DNA of 64,000 nucleotides, from NCBI GenBank assembly GCA_963792585.1, contig CAWBWI010000001.1:512001-576000 (forward strand). Direction: 5' to 3'. Source of the stretch: Candidatus Eiseniibacteriota bacterium. Lineage in GTDB: Bacteria; Eisenbacteria; RBG-16-71-46; CAIMUX01; VGJL01. The notes under the pieces were generated by a model, which was not told where the DNA came from, did no database searches, and saw only the letters and a program-made list of their open reading frames with translations. The position numbers and the translations under genes are program-made. This document shows, in pieces, positions 32,559 to 41,418 of the stretch (within the stretch, counting starts at the first letter, position 1; each line of letters starts with the position of its first letter).

Positions 32559-33203
32559 ATGTCGACCGCCAGGCAGACGATCGTCCCGCTCCGCCCCACC
32601 CGCTCCCTGCGCTTCCGGCTGTCGATCAATCATGCTTATGCGGGGCTCCTGTTGCTGATCGCGGGGATCGGCGCCCTGCCGGAAGAGGCCCGGCACGTGC
32701 TTCCATGGGCCGAGATTCTTGTGGGCGTGGCCGTGCTGACCGCGATCATCATCGAGCTCAGGAAGCCGGAGTTTACAGGGCAGGGGGAACACGAGGAACA
32801 CGAGAAGATCCGGTGGGTCGAAGTCATGGCCGGGCTCATGCTGATCGTCGAGGGGTTCCATGTCCGCCATCCGGGGCGTTGGTTCCAGCCGGCGCTCTTC
32901 TACTGGATCGGCGGCTTGATCTCGCTGGCGATCGGAATCGGGCTCATTCCCGTCTCCCGGACCCGGAGGATGATCATCGACGGTGAGCGATTCTCGATCC
33001 GGACGTCTCTATTCCGGCGCCGGGAACTCGCATGGAGCGAGATCGCTTCCTATGCGTTCGTGCCAAGGGGTCTGCAGGTCACGACGTCCGCGGGGCGGCA
33101 GCACACGATGCGGCTGAGGAGTGTCGCGAACCGCGACGAGGTGGAGCGGATCTTCGCGGAGCACGCGGCGCGGTACGTGCGCAAGACGGCGAAGAAGCTA
33201 TAG
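32559..33203 (+). CDS. Membrane protein (about 4 TM) with C-terminal PH-like domain
   Basis: Four hydrophobic segments followed by IDGERFSIR..ELAWSEIA. Confidence 0.7.
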   Translation: MSTARQTIVPLRPTRSLRFRLSINHAYAGLLLLIAGIGALPEEARHVLPWAEILVGVAVLTAIIIELRKPEFTGQGEHEEHEKIRWVEVMAGLMLIVEGFHVRHPGRWFQPALFYWIGGLISLAIGIGLIPVSRTRRMIIDGERFSIRTSLFRRRELAWSEIASYAFVPRGLQVTTSAGRQHTMRLRSVANRDEVERIFAEHAARYVRKTAKKL

Positions 33204-33223
33204 AAGACGCCCCACCCCGGGCT

Positions 33224-34147
33224 CTATTCGACTCTGGCGCCGATGCCGCGTGCCGAGCCGTCCGGGCTCTGCCGCAGGGGCGATTCGGGTCGGAGCCGGA
33301 AGTCCATCCCTTCGAGGTCGCGGAATCCGGGATCCACGGAGACGTTGCCGTCGACGCCAGGCCTGAATCCGATGCAGGCGTTGCCATCACCACCGAAGTT
33401 CCCGTAGACATCGCATTGCGTCACCGATTTCGAGCATGGGTACCCACACTGGAAGGTCGCGCTCTGTCGGTGAAAGGCGATAATCGATCGGGTGACGAAT
33501 GTCCCGGACAGCCCCCCAGCGAATGCGCTCCCCTCAGGCGCGACGTTGCCGACGATTGTGCAATTCTCGACCGCCGCATTTGCGCAACAGCAGAGCGCAA
33601 ACCCGCCGCCGGACTTCCCGGCCTCGTTGCCGGCGATGATGCAATGGGAGAAGGTTGGTCGATCCGTTAGTTCGCAATGGACGCCGCCGCCCTGCTCGTC
33701 CGCCCGATTCCCGCGGAGCACGCAGTTGGTGATGGTCGGGCTGGAGTGCGGCCCGCACTCGATCGCCCCGCCGGTCTCCGCCCGCCCATTCGTGATGCTC
33801 ACGCCTTCTAGCCGGGGGGTACCCATGCGGAACCCACTTGAGAGCGGGCTCACCTCGAAGAGGAACCCTCTGCCCAGCGTCCCGCAGTCGATGATGCAGG
33901 AGTCGGGGTTTCCGGAGATGGAACGGATCGTCAGAGACAACGGGCCGACACGGATGTCGCGATTGCCTTCACCGGTGTAGGTCCCGTTCGCGAGGAGAAT
34001 GGTGTCTCCGGCGGATGCGGCCGCGACAGCCCGTTGGATGGATGGAACGTCACCGTCGCCACCTGGATGGACTCGGACAACCCGCGCGGACGAGGGAAGG
34101 GCATCAACGAGCAGCAAAGACAAACCGACAAGCGCGGCCAAGCGCAT
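33224..34147 (-). CDS. Secreted right-handed beta-helix (pectin lyase-like fold) protein
   Basis: Signal peptide; PSIQRAV..GDTILLANGTYTG; repeated GGA/GGG and NC-I-GN units; DPGF..DFRLRPESP tail. Confidence 0.8.
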   Translation of the reverse strand: MRLAALVGLSLLLVDALPSSARVVRVHPGGDGDVPSIQRAVAAASAGDTILLANGTYTGEGNRDIRVGPLSLTIRSISGNPDSCIIDCGTLGRGFLFEVSPLSSGFRMGTPRLEGVSITNGRAETGGAIECGPHSSPTITNCVLRGNRADEQGGGVHCELTDRPTFSHCIIAGNEAGKSGGGFALCCCANAAVENCTIVGNVAPEGSAFAGGLSGTFVTRSIIAFHRQSATFQCGYPCSKSVTQCDVYGNFGGDGNACIGFRPGVDGNVSVDPGFRDLEGMDFRLRPESPLRQSPDGSARGIGARVE

Positions 34148-34334
34148 TCGCAACCTCCGGCAATCTGGAGCGGCTTCGGGGCTAAGAACGATTTGCAGAC
34201 CCGTGAGTTCCCGAGTATCGCCGGGAAACGATAGCATCCGCTCCTGTTCCCTGCCTGCTACAATCGATTGCGGTAACCGGGTGGGTTAGCTGGCGACCGT
34301 TCCCTATCGCATGCCGGGAAGGAGACCACCTCTC

Positions 34335-35078
34335 ATGCGAATCGTGCTTCTCCCCACCGCGATGGGCCTGCTTTTCTTGGGCGCATCGATCGTCCAGTCG
34401 GAACCGACGCTGTTCAAGCTCGGCCCAGGTGGTGTACCCCTGCCGCCCAATCGCGATGTCTGCTGGAGCGAACCGCCGGATCTAGAGGGGATTCTGGCCT
34501 CGTCTGAGGTCATCGGCGAGCATGGTCTCGAAACTCAGGCGGCAAATGACTTTGTCTTCGAAGTAGACCGGACGATTCAGAGGGTTCGGTGGTGGGGCGG
34601 CTATTACTCCAACATCGTGGCATGTGATCCGGGGATGGTCGCGCCGGGGTTTCATCTTCGGTTCTACACTTACGAAAGGGAACCTTGTCGACCGGATGAG
34701 CCCGGCGACGATCCGTACACCGAGTATTTCGTGCAAGGCCCTGCAGGTGAAACACTGGTTGGTTGCATCGGGGACGTGTACCCACTGTACCGATACGAGA
34801 CCGACGTAGTCCTCCCAATCGCGGGAGGTGTCCGATACTGGTTCAGTGCCCAGATGGCGAACCATGACTACCCGCCACAATGGGGCCGTCTTGCCGCCGG
34901 CACGATCACGGGATGCGAGTCCGTGGTCGGTCCGAACGGGTGGCTCGAACAGCCTTGGTGGCAGCACCCCTCGGAGGTGTTTGGATTCCCCGTCGACTTC
35001 AGCCAGGAGTTTGAGTGCGACACGCCCGTCCCGGTGCAACAGACCTCCTGGGGAAAGGTCCGCGCGCTGTACCGGTAG
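34335..35078 (+). CDS. Secreted 6-Cys protein, paralog 1, with SWGKVRALYR tail
   Basis: Signal peptide; CWSEP, ANDF, RWWGGY, YWF, SQEFEC shared with the ORFs at 39055 and 39896. Confidence 0.8.
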   Translation: MRIVLLPTAMGLLFLGASIVQSEPTLFKLGPGGVPLPPNRDVCWSEPPDLEGILASSEVIGEHGLETQAANDFVFEVDRTIQRVRWWGGYYSNIVACDPGMVAPGFHLRFYTYEREPCRPDEPGDDPYTEYFVQGPAGETLVGCIGDVYPLYRYETDVVLPIAGGVRYWFSAQMANHDYPPQWGRLAAGTITGCESVVGPNGWLEQPWWQHPSEVFGFPVDFSQEFECDTPVPVQQTSWGKVRALYR

Positions 35079-35109
35079 CTGTCCGTCCGAGCCTGCCCCC
35101 GTCCGACCC

Positions 35110-36777
35110 CTACATCCCCACGATCGGCGGCAGGCAGAGGCACGTCTGCCGCAGCTTCACGTCCGCATGCGACCAAGCCTTCGCGAAGCGCTTCTCCACG
35201 TCCCGCTTCTCCATCTCCGCGCCCCTCCGCTCCAGACACCGCGCCAGCCCGAAGAGCGACCACCCGTTTTCCGGGTTCTTGCGCAGGTCCGCGCGGTAGA
35301 CCGCCTCCGCCTCATCGATTCGGCCGGAAGCCAGCAGGACCCCGCCCAGGGTGTGACGTACCGGTTGGATCCAGTCAGGCGCTTCGTTGTACCGGATGGC
35401 GTCCTCCAGTTCTACGGCCCGACGCAGCTCCACGACGGCGGTATCGATGTCGCCGGCCTGGAAGGCAATCTCTCCGGCCATCATATGCCGCGCGATGTCC
35501 AGGATATGACGCGCGGAGTTGTTACCGACGATCATCTCTTCGGTCACCTTTCCTGAGGCATCCTCGAAGAGCGCCTGCTCCGCCCGCGCCTCGGTCAGCC
35601 GATCGGTCGCGGCATATGCCACTGCGCGTGCGAAGTGCCGGTGCGCCGCCGTGATGGGCAGGTACGGTGGGGGAGGCGGCTCCCGCAGGATCTCCTCCCA
35701 TCGGCCGAAGCGCATCAGCGCCTCGATGGCGATCGTCATGTATCCGTCCGCGACAAAGGCTGCTTGTTCGATGAACTCTGGCGGCATACCGCTGATCATC
35801 GCGCGCGCGGATTCGATCGCGATCCGGCTGTCACCCTGCATCATCCCGGCCCAGGACAGGAAGTGATGGTTGTGGGCCATGTAGATCCGATAGAACCCCT
35901 GGTCGGGCCAGTTCCGGCGGTACTCCTCGTCAGCCCGTACGGCGCGCATGTTCGCCTGGGCGGCGTCTTCCCAGCGGCCGACCCGCGAATAGATGTGGGC
36001 GGGCATATGGACGAGATGCCCGGTCCCGGTCACCGTCTTCCGAAGCCGGTCGGCGGCGTCGAGCGCGCGTTCGGGATGGGGAGATGCCTCGACGGTGTGG
36101 ATATACAGGTGGTTGGCGCCCGGATGGCTTGGATCGAGTTCGAGCACCGCCTCGAGCGTCGCGAGGACTTCCTCAGTTCCCGGCTGCGGCTGTCCGTCGT
36201 GCGTCCAGAGATCCCATGGCCGCAGGTCCATCATCGACTCCGCGAAGAGATTCCCGACGTCTGCGTCCTCCATGTGGGTTTGCCATACCCGCCGCATCGC
36301 ATCCGCATACGCCTGATCGAGCGACCTCCGGTCCTCGGGAGGCGGGTCGGCATAGCGCGCTGCGAGGGCTTCGATCAACGCCCTCTCCACCTCGGAAGCC
36401 CCCGAGGCAAGGGCGCGGGCCTGCGTGAGCGCTTCCCACGCCTCCGTGGAGCGATCGGGATCCATGCTCGGGTTGTTGATGTGGGGTCCATTCGCGCAGG
36501 CGATTCCCCACCAGGCCATGGCGCAGTCGGGATCGTAGACCAGGGCCTGCCGGAACGACCGGATCGCCTCGTCATGGTTGAACGCATAGATGAAGATCAG
36601 GCCCTGATCGAAATAGCGTTGGGCTTCCTTGGAGACGGTGGTCACCGCGCGATGGTGCTTCCCGAGTCCCCTGAAAAGGGGCACTTCCGGCTTGACGCTT
36701 CCGCCGATCGCGGAGGCGGCCGGGAACAGGATGGCGGCGAGAACGAAGGCGATGCCGATTCGAACCTTGATGCGCAT
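35110..36777 (-). CDS. Secreted TPR-repeat protein with His-rich motifs
   Basis: Signal peptide; AQRYFDQGL..FNHDEA, HPGANHLYIH, GHLVHMPAHIY, HNHHF, NGWSLFGL. Confidence 0.8.
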   Translation of the reverse strand: MRIKVRIGIAFVLAAILFPAASAIGGSVKPEVPLFRGLGKHHRAVTTVSKEAQRYFDQGLIFIYAFNHDEAIRSFRQALVYDPDCAMAWWGIACANGPHINNPSMDPDRSTEAWEALTQARALASGASEVERALIEALAARYADPPPEDRRSLDQAYADAMRRVWQTHMEDADVGNLFAESMMDLRPWDLWTHDGQPQPGTEEVLATLEAVLELDPSHPGANHLYIHTVEASPHPERALDAADRLRKTVTGTGHLVHMPAHIYSRVGRWEDAAQANMRAVRADEEYRRNWPDQGFYRIYMAHNHHFLSWAGMMQGDSRIAIESARAMISGMPPEFIEQAAFVADGYMTIAIEALMRFGRWEEILREPPPPPYLPITAAHRHFARAVAYAATDRLTEARAEQALFEDASGKVTEEMIVGNNSARHILDIARHMMAGEIAFQAGDIDTAVVELRRAVELEDAIRYNEAPDWIQPVRHTLGGVLLASGRIDEAEAVYRADLRKNPENGWSLFGLARCLERRGAEMEKRDVEKRFAKAWSHADVKLRQTCLCLPPIVGM

Positions 36778-37025
36778 GGTCGGTTTCTCCACGTGCGGCC
36801 AGTGTCCTTCCTGAAGAGCGAAACGGGGGAAGATATCACCGAAGTTGACGAGGTTCAACGGGTGGATGGAGGACCTCCGCCTCGACGGATCTCCCCCTCG
36901 ACAGATCCCCGCAGAGCCGCCCTGCCCCGTCCGATTCCCTGGCCCGGTGGGACCCAGTGAGGTAGAATTACCCCGGTTCCAATTCGCCTCTGCAGAGGTC
37001 CTCATCGTGACGACCGGAGGATTGT

Positions 37026-38996
37026 TTGAAAGCGTTCCGCCGCGCGCTCCCCGCGACCGTCCTGAGTCTCCTGCTTCTCGCTACATGTTCGAACGATGAC
37101 AACCCAGCCGGTCCATCCGATGGCGTGATGCGGCTCCACGGGACCGTCGTATCGTCGGACGGACCCCTGAGCGGTCTCACCGTCAAGGTGGATAGCCGGG
37201 ACGGGAGTTTGCGGACATGGTTGCTGACGGACCCACAGGGCGCGTACGAGGCCTTCCTTCCGACCGGGCGTTACGTTCTCTCACTGAATTCCGGCCAGGG
37301 CGGCACCGTCTGGTACGCGTCGACAGGTCTATCCTATCGATCGAACAACGCCGAGACTGTCGTGGTCACTGCGGGCCAGAGCGATCTGCGCGCCGATTTT
37401 CGGTTGGGGCATCTCCGGCTCACCCTTCGAACCCCATTCCACGAAGACCACACCTACAGCTCTTGCTCCTTCTATGACGACGTGGGTGGTCTGGAAGTTG
37501 GCCGTGATGATGGGCAAGCGATGGACAGCCTCGTTGTCTTCGATCTTCCGGCCATGGTCCCCGGTCGATACTTCCTGCGCATCGAGATGCAGCAGCGGTA
37601 CTTCTGGTTCCCGCACACGCTGGATTCGGGCAACGCTGAAGCGATCGAGGTGGGCGCCCTTCAGACCTCAACCCAGAGCGACACGCTCGGCGAGCCGGCC
37701 CACGTGAAGGGCGTCGTTGTGGGGCCCTGGATGGACTTTGCAGACCACAGCATCAGAATTGGACTTCTCGCTCCCGACATGCACGACATTGCGATGGCCT
37801 ACCTCGAGGACGACGGCCGGTTCGACATTCCGGTCTTGGCGGAGGGCTCCGTTCGCCTTGTGGTCGACCAGGGCTCGGTGATGATCTGGCTCGGGGGCAC
37901 TGGATTCGCGGATGCCGATCCGCTCCCGGTGACCGCCGGCGCCGTGGTCGATGTCGGCTCGATTCAAACCCACGGCATCGTCTGCCGACTCGTGGGCGAT
38001 CCGCAGTGGCGGATGGACTCCTGGCGGTGCCTGCTCGTGGGCCCGGATCGGCGCGAATTCGTCAACGTGCGCAGGGCCGCAACGGAGGGACTCGGGATCA
38101 TCCCGCTGGAGGCGCCAGGATCGTACCGACTGGAGGCAACCGGGTATGGATCATCGGACTGGAGGCCGCAGTGGTACGACCGGGCGACGTCCGAGTCCAC
38201 GGCGACGGAGATCGTCGTCGATGATGCCGTGGCGCCCGCCGCAATCGATCTCCAGCTGGAGCGCGGCGGATCGATCTCCGGTCGCGTGGTCCTCGAGGAT
38301 GGCTCTCCTGTCACGAACGCGCTGATGCTCGCGCAACTCGAGACATTCTCTGACAACGCACGATGGCAAACGGATGCCGAGGGCGCATTCCGGCTGAGGG
38401 GACTCCCCGATGGGCCGATCCGATTTGCGGTTGTCTACGAAGGGGAGCGCGTCTGGTATCCCGGAACCCTGACCGAAGCGGAGGCCGAGCCGATCGAGAT
38501 CGTCGATGCGGACGACCGGTCCGGCTTCGAACTCGTCGTTCCCCCCCTCGAAACGCCTGCGTTCCTCTATGTCGGCGTCAATGCGTGCAAGCCCTGCCAC
38601 ATGGGGGAAGCGAAGGGACGGATCTGGGAGACGTGGCAGGCGACCGCGCACGCCAGCGCCTATGACGACCTGGATCACGACCATCGGGAGAATCCGAGCT
38701 GCCTCGGGTGCCACACGACCGGCTATGGCGACAGTATCGCCCCCGGCCGGGACTGGTCGGACCTTCTCGCGGTCCAGTGCGAGGCCTGCCACGGCCCTGG
38801 CAGCGAGTACAAGTCTCTGAGTGTCATGAAAGTCCCGGAACGGGCACAGGAGTTGGGCCTCATCCGTCCCAACGAGGGCACCTGCCTGCCGTGCCACACC
38901 TCGACCCTGCCTCGGGACTGCTGGGGCGCCAGCAATGAGCATCCCGTCTTCGATTATGTCCAGGCGCTGTCCGCGATCGCGCACAACATGCCTTGA
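37026..38996 (+). CDS. Lipoprotein with repeated beta-sandwich domains and C-terminal tetraheme cytochrome c domain
   Basis: TTG start after GGAGG; lipobox-like LLATC; CKPCH, CLGCH, CEACH, CLPCH; YVG..C..CH and QCEACHGPGSEY resemble the cytochrome c554/c-prime family. Confidence 0.82.
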   Translation: MKAFRRALPATVLSLLLLATCSNDDNPAGPSDGVMRLHGTVVSSDGPLSGLTVKVDSRDGSLRTWLLTDPQGAYEAFLPTGRYVLSLNSGQGGTVWYASTGLSYRSNNAETVVVTAGQSDLRADFRLGHLRLTLRTPFHEDHTYSSCSFYDDVGGLEVGRDDGQAMDSLVVFDLPAMVPGRYFLRIEMQQRYFWFPHTLDSGNAEAIEVGALQTSTQSDTLGEPAHVKGVVVGPWMDFADHSIRIGLLAPDMHDIAMAYLEDDGRFDIPVLAEGSVRLVVDQGSVMIWLGGTGFADADPLPVTAGAVVDVGSIQTHGIVCRLVGDPQWRMDSWRCLLVGPDRREFVNVRRAATEGLGIIPLEAPGSYRLEATGYGSSDWRPQWYDRATSESTATEIVVDDAVAPAAIDLQLERGGSISGRVVLEDGSPVTNALMLAQLETFSDNARWQTDAEGAFRLRGLPDGPIRFAVVYEGERVWYPGTLTEAEAEPIEIVDADDRSGFELVVPPLETPAFLYVGVNACKPCHMGEAKGRIWETWQATAHASAYDDLDHDHRENPSCLGCHTTGYGDSIAPGRDWSDLLAVQCEACHGPGSEYKSLSVMKVPERAQELGLIRPNEGTCLPCHTSTLPRDCWGASNEHPVFDYVQALSAIAHNMP

Positions 38997-39054
38997 GGCG
39001 CGCGTCAGGGTCGCGTCTGGGCGCAGGAGATCGCCGAAACGGAGTTACGTCGAC

Positions 39055-39774
39055 ATGAGACCGTTTCTCGTAGCAATGATTGCGGCGGGTGTCGCGCTTG
39101 CTGCACCTGTCCTTGCGGCCAACCCGACCCTCACGGCCGGGGGCGGCGGCACGCCCAACCTCGTCGAGTCCGGCCGCAACGTCTGCTGGAGCGAGCCAGC
39201 GGATCTCAATGGTTTCATTGCGGGTTCGGAAGTGATCAGGACGCTTGGTCTCGAAAGCGAGGTTGCCAACGATTTCACGCTCACCCCCGACGCCACGATC
39301 ATCCTTGCCCGCTGGTGGGGTGGGTACATGAACACGAACGACTGCGACGACACACATGTTGCGCAGACCTGGAATCTCCGCTTCTACGAAGACACGGGTT
39401 GCGTACCGGGCAACGTCCTCGCCGAATACGTCGTTCCCGACTACGCTGGGGAAACATTCATCGCCTGTCAAGGTGGGTGGTACCCGATCTTCATGTACGA
39501 GGGGGCCGTTTCCTTCCCAGTGGCGGCCAACACCCGTTACTGGTTCAGCGCGCAAGCTGGGGATCACACATTCCCGCCCCAGGTCGGGCGTCTCGAGGCG
39601 GGCACCATCATCGATTGTCCCTCAGGGTTCAGGAGCGCCTACTTCTCTTTCCCGGATTGGGTATTTCACGACGATGTCATCTGGGAGGAGCACGACTTCA
39701 GCCAGGAGTTCGAGTGCGGCGAGACTCCGACCAAGGACGCGACGTGGGGCGCCGTCAAGGCGCTATATCGGTAG
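39055..39774 (+). CDS. Secreted 6-Cys protein, paralog 2, with TWGAVKALYR tail
   Basis: Signal peptide ending VLA; close homolog of the adjacent ORF. Confidence 0.85.
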   Translation: MRPFLVAMIAAGVALAAPVLAANPTLTAGGGGTPNLVESGRNVCWSEPADLNGFIAGSEVIRTLGLESEVANDFTLTPDATIILARWWGGYMNTNDCDDTHVAQTWNLRFYEDTGCVPGNVLAEYVVPDYAGETFIACQGGWYPIFMYEGAVSFPVAANTRYWFSAQAGDHTFPPQVGRLEAGTIIDCPSGFRSAYFSFPDWVFHDDVIWEEHDFSQEFECGETPTKDATWGAVKALYR

Positions 39775-39895
39775 CCGCGTTCTGGTGGTACGCTCGTTCT
39801 CGCAGATTCCGTGGGTCATCGAATTGTGGATCGAACGTGAAAGTGCGCCGGTTGTCCGCGGCAATGATGGTGTCCGCGTTGAAGGGAGCGTCCCG

Positions 39896-40615
39896 ATGAT
39901 CAAACGACTCCTATTGGTGACAGCGACCCTCGTGAGTGTATCCAGTATGCCGACCCTCGCGGCGAACCCAACGAACTCGGCCGGGGGCGGCGGCACGCCC
40001 AACGTCGTCGAGTCCGGCCGCAACGTCTGCTGGAGCGAGCCGGCGGACCTCGAGGGGCTGATCGGTTCGTCGGAAGTGATCGGGCAGTTCGATCTCGAAA
40101 CGGAGATTGCGAACGACTTCGTCCTCAGCTCTGATGCAACCATCACTCTCGCTCGGTGGTGGGGTGGCTACTTCAACAACAACGGCTGCGGTGACGTCCA
40201 TGTCGCCCCGACATGGAATCTCGAGTTCTTCGACGACGGTGGCTGCACCCCCGTAAACGTCCTCGCGGAGTTCGTCATACCCGACTACGCGGGCGAGACA
40301 CTTGTCTACTGCCAGGCTGGCTACTACCCGATCTTCAAGTACGAGGGATCCATCTCTTTTCCGGCGACTGCCGACACCCGGTACTGGTTCGTCGCACAGG
40401 CAGGTGATCACCCCTTCCCGCCACAGGTCGGGCGTGTTGAAGCGGGCTTCATCACTGGATGCGACTCAGGGTTCCGGAGCATCTACTTCTCGTATCCGGA
40501 TTGGACCTTCATTGACGACGTCTTCGAGACGCATGACTGGAGCCAGGAGTTCGAGTGCGGCGAGACACCGACCAAGCATGCCACCTGGGGGGACATAAGG
40601 GCCCTATACCGATAG
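39896..40615 (+). CDS. Secreted 6-Cys protein, paralog 3, with TWGDIRALYR tail
   Basis: Signal peptide ending TLA; tandem duplicate of 39055-39774 with the same length. Confidence 0.85.
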   Translation: MIKRLLLVTATLVSVSSMPTLAANPTNSAGGGGTPNVVESGRNVCWSEPADLEGLIGSSEVIGQFDLETEIANDFVLSSDATITLARWWGGYFNNNGCGDVHVAPTWNLEFFDDGGCTPVNVLAEFVIPDYAGETLVYCQAGYYPIFKYEGSISFPATADTRYWFVAQAGDHPFPPQVGRVEAGFITGCDSGFRSIYFSYPDWTFIDDVFETHDWSQEFECGETPTKHATWGDIRALYR

Positions 40616-40843
40616 ACGACGGGAATCCCCGTGAGCAAGAGGGAGACCGGTGCCACGAGGCTGAGTTAGGCGCCCCGTGGGGGAGCACCCCTTTCCCAGT
40701 CTCTACAGATCCCGTCCCGCCAACCCGGACGCCCCGGAAGCTCGAACGAGGATTTAGCCCTGGACCTCCGACACTGAAGCCGGGCACCAACCGGCCATGC
40801 CTCCGCCCGCCGCCCGACACGATCACCCCATCCCTTAAAACCC

Positions 40844-40889
40844 TTGCGCGAATATGTGCATATTGCTACGTTCATGCGCATACTATGCG
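40844..40889 (+). promoter_or_regulatory. arg operon promoter with ARG-box-like palindromes
   Basis: TTGCGC-17 bp-TACGTT (40844-40872); inverted repeats AATATG-TG-CATATT (40851-40864) and CGCATA-C-TATGCG (40877-40889) in an AT-rich patch before argR. Confidence 0.65.
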
Positions 40890-40944
40890 GACACCCCCCG
40901 AAGGCACCGGGGGACACTTCCCAACCTATCAGGAGCGCAAGCAC

Positions 40945-41418
40945 ATGCCGAGCGGAACCGATCACTGGCGCGAGCGCCACGCAGCCATCGCGGAGATTCT
41001 CCGCGATGAGGTCATCCACAGCCAGAGCGAGTTGCTGCGCCAGTTGCGCAAGCGCAAGCACCGCGTGACCCAGCCCAGCATCTCCCGGGACCTCGCGGAA
41101 CTCGATGTCGTGAAGGTGGACGGCCGCTACGTTTTGCGGGAGTCGCTCGTTCCCCCCGAGCCGTCCCGTTCGGAGCTCGAGCAGGCGGCGGGTTTCGTGC
41201 GTTCGTTCGAACCGGCCGGTCCGAATCTGGTGGTCCTGAAGACGCCTCCGGGCGCGGCCTCCCAGGTGGCGATCGCGATCGATGGCGAGGGTTGGCAGGA
41301 GGTTGTCGGAACGATCGCCGGCGATGACACGGTCTTCATCGCCACGCGGGGACGCTCCCAGCAGGCCAGGCTCGAGACCCTTCTCAAGCAGGTCATGGGC
41401 GGAATCGTCCATGCTTGA
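40945..41418 (+). CDS. argR: Arginine repressor
   Basis: SQSEL, VTQPSISRDLAEL, VVLKTPPG, GTIAGDDT. Confidence 0.96.
   Translation: MPSGTDHWRERHAAIAEILRDEVIHSQSELLRQLRKRKHRVTQPSISRDLAELDVVKVDGRYVLRESLVPPEPSRSELEQAAGFVRSFEPAGPNLVVLKTPPGAASQVAIAIDGEGWQEVVGTIAGDDTVFIATRGRSQQARLETLLKQVMGGIVHA

Noticed and set aside
39055..40615. Diversity-generating retroelement template/variable repeat pair
   Set aside because: Both copies are full genes, differences are not confined to adenines, and there is no reverse transcriptase in the window.
40618..40716. Structured intergenic RNA or integron attC site (GACGGGA/TCCCGTC stem, GTTAGGC)
   Set aside because: No matching upstream RYYYAAC and no integrase; short stems are expected by chance at this GC content, and I recognise no RNA family.
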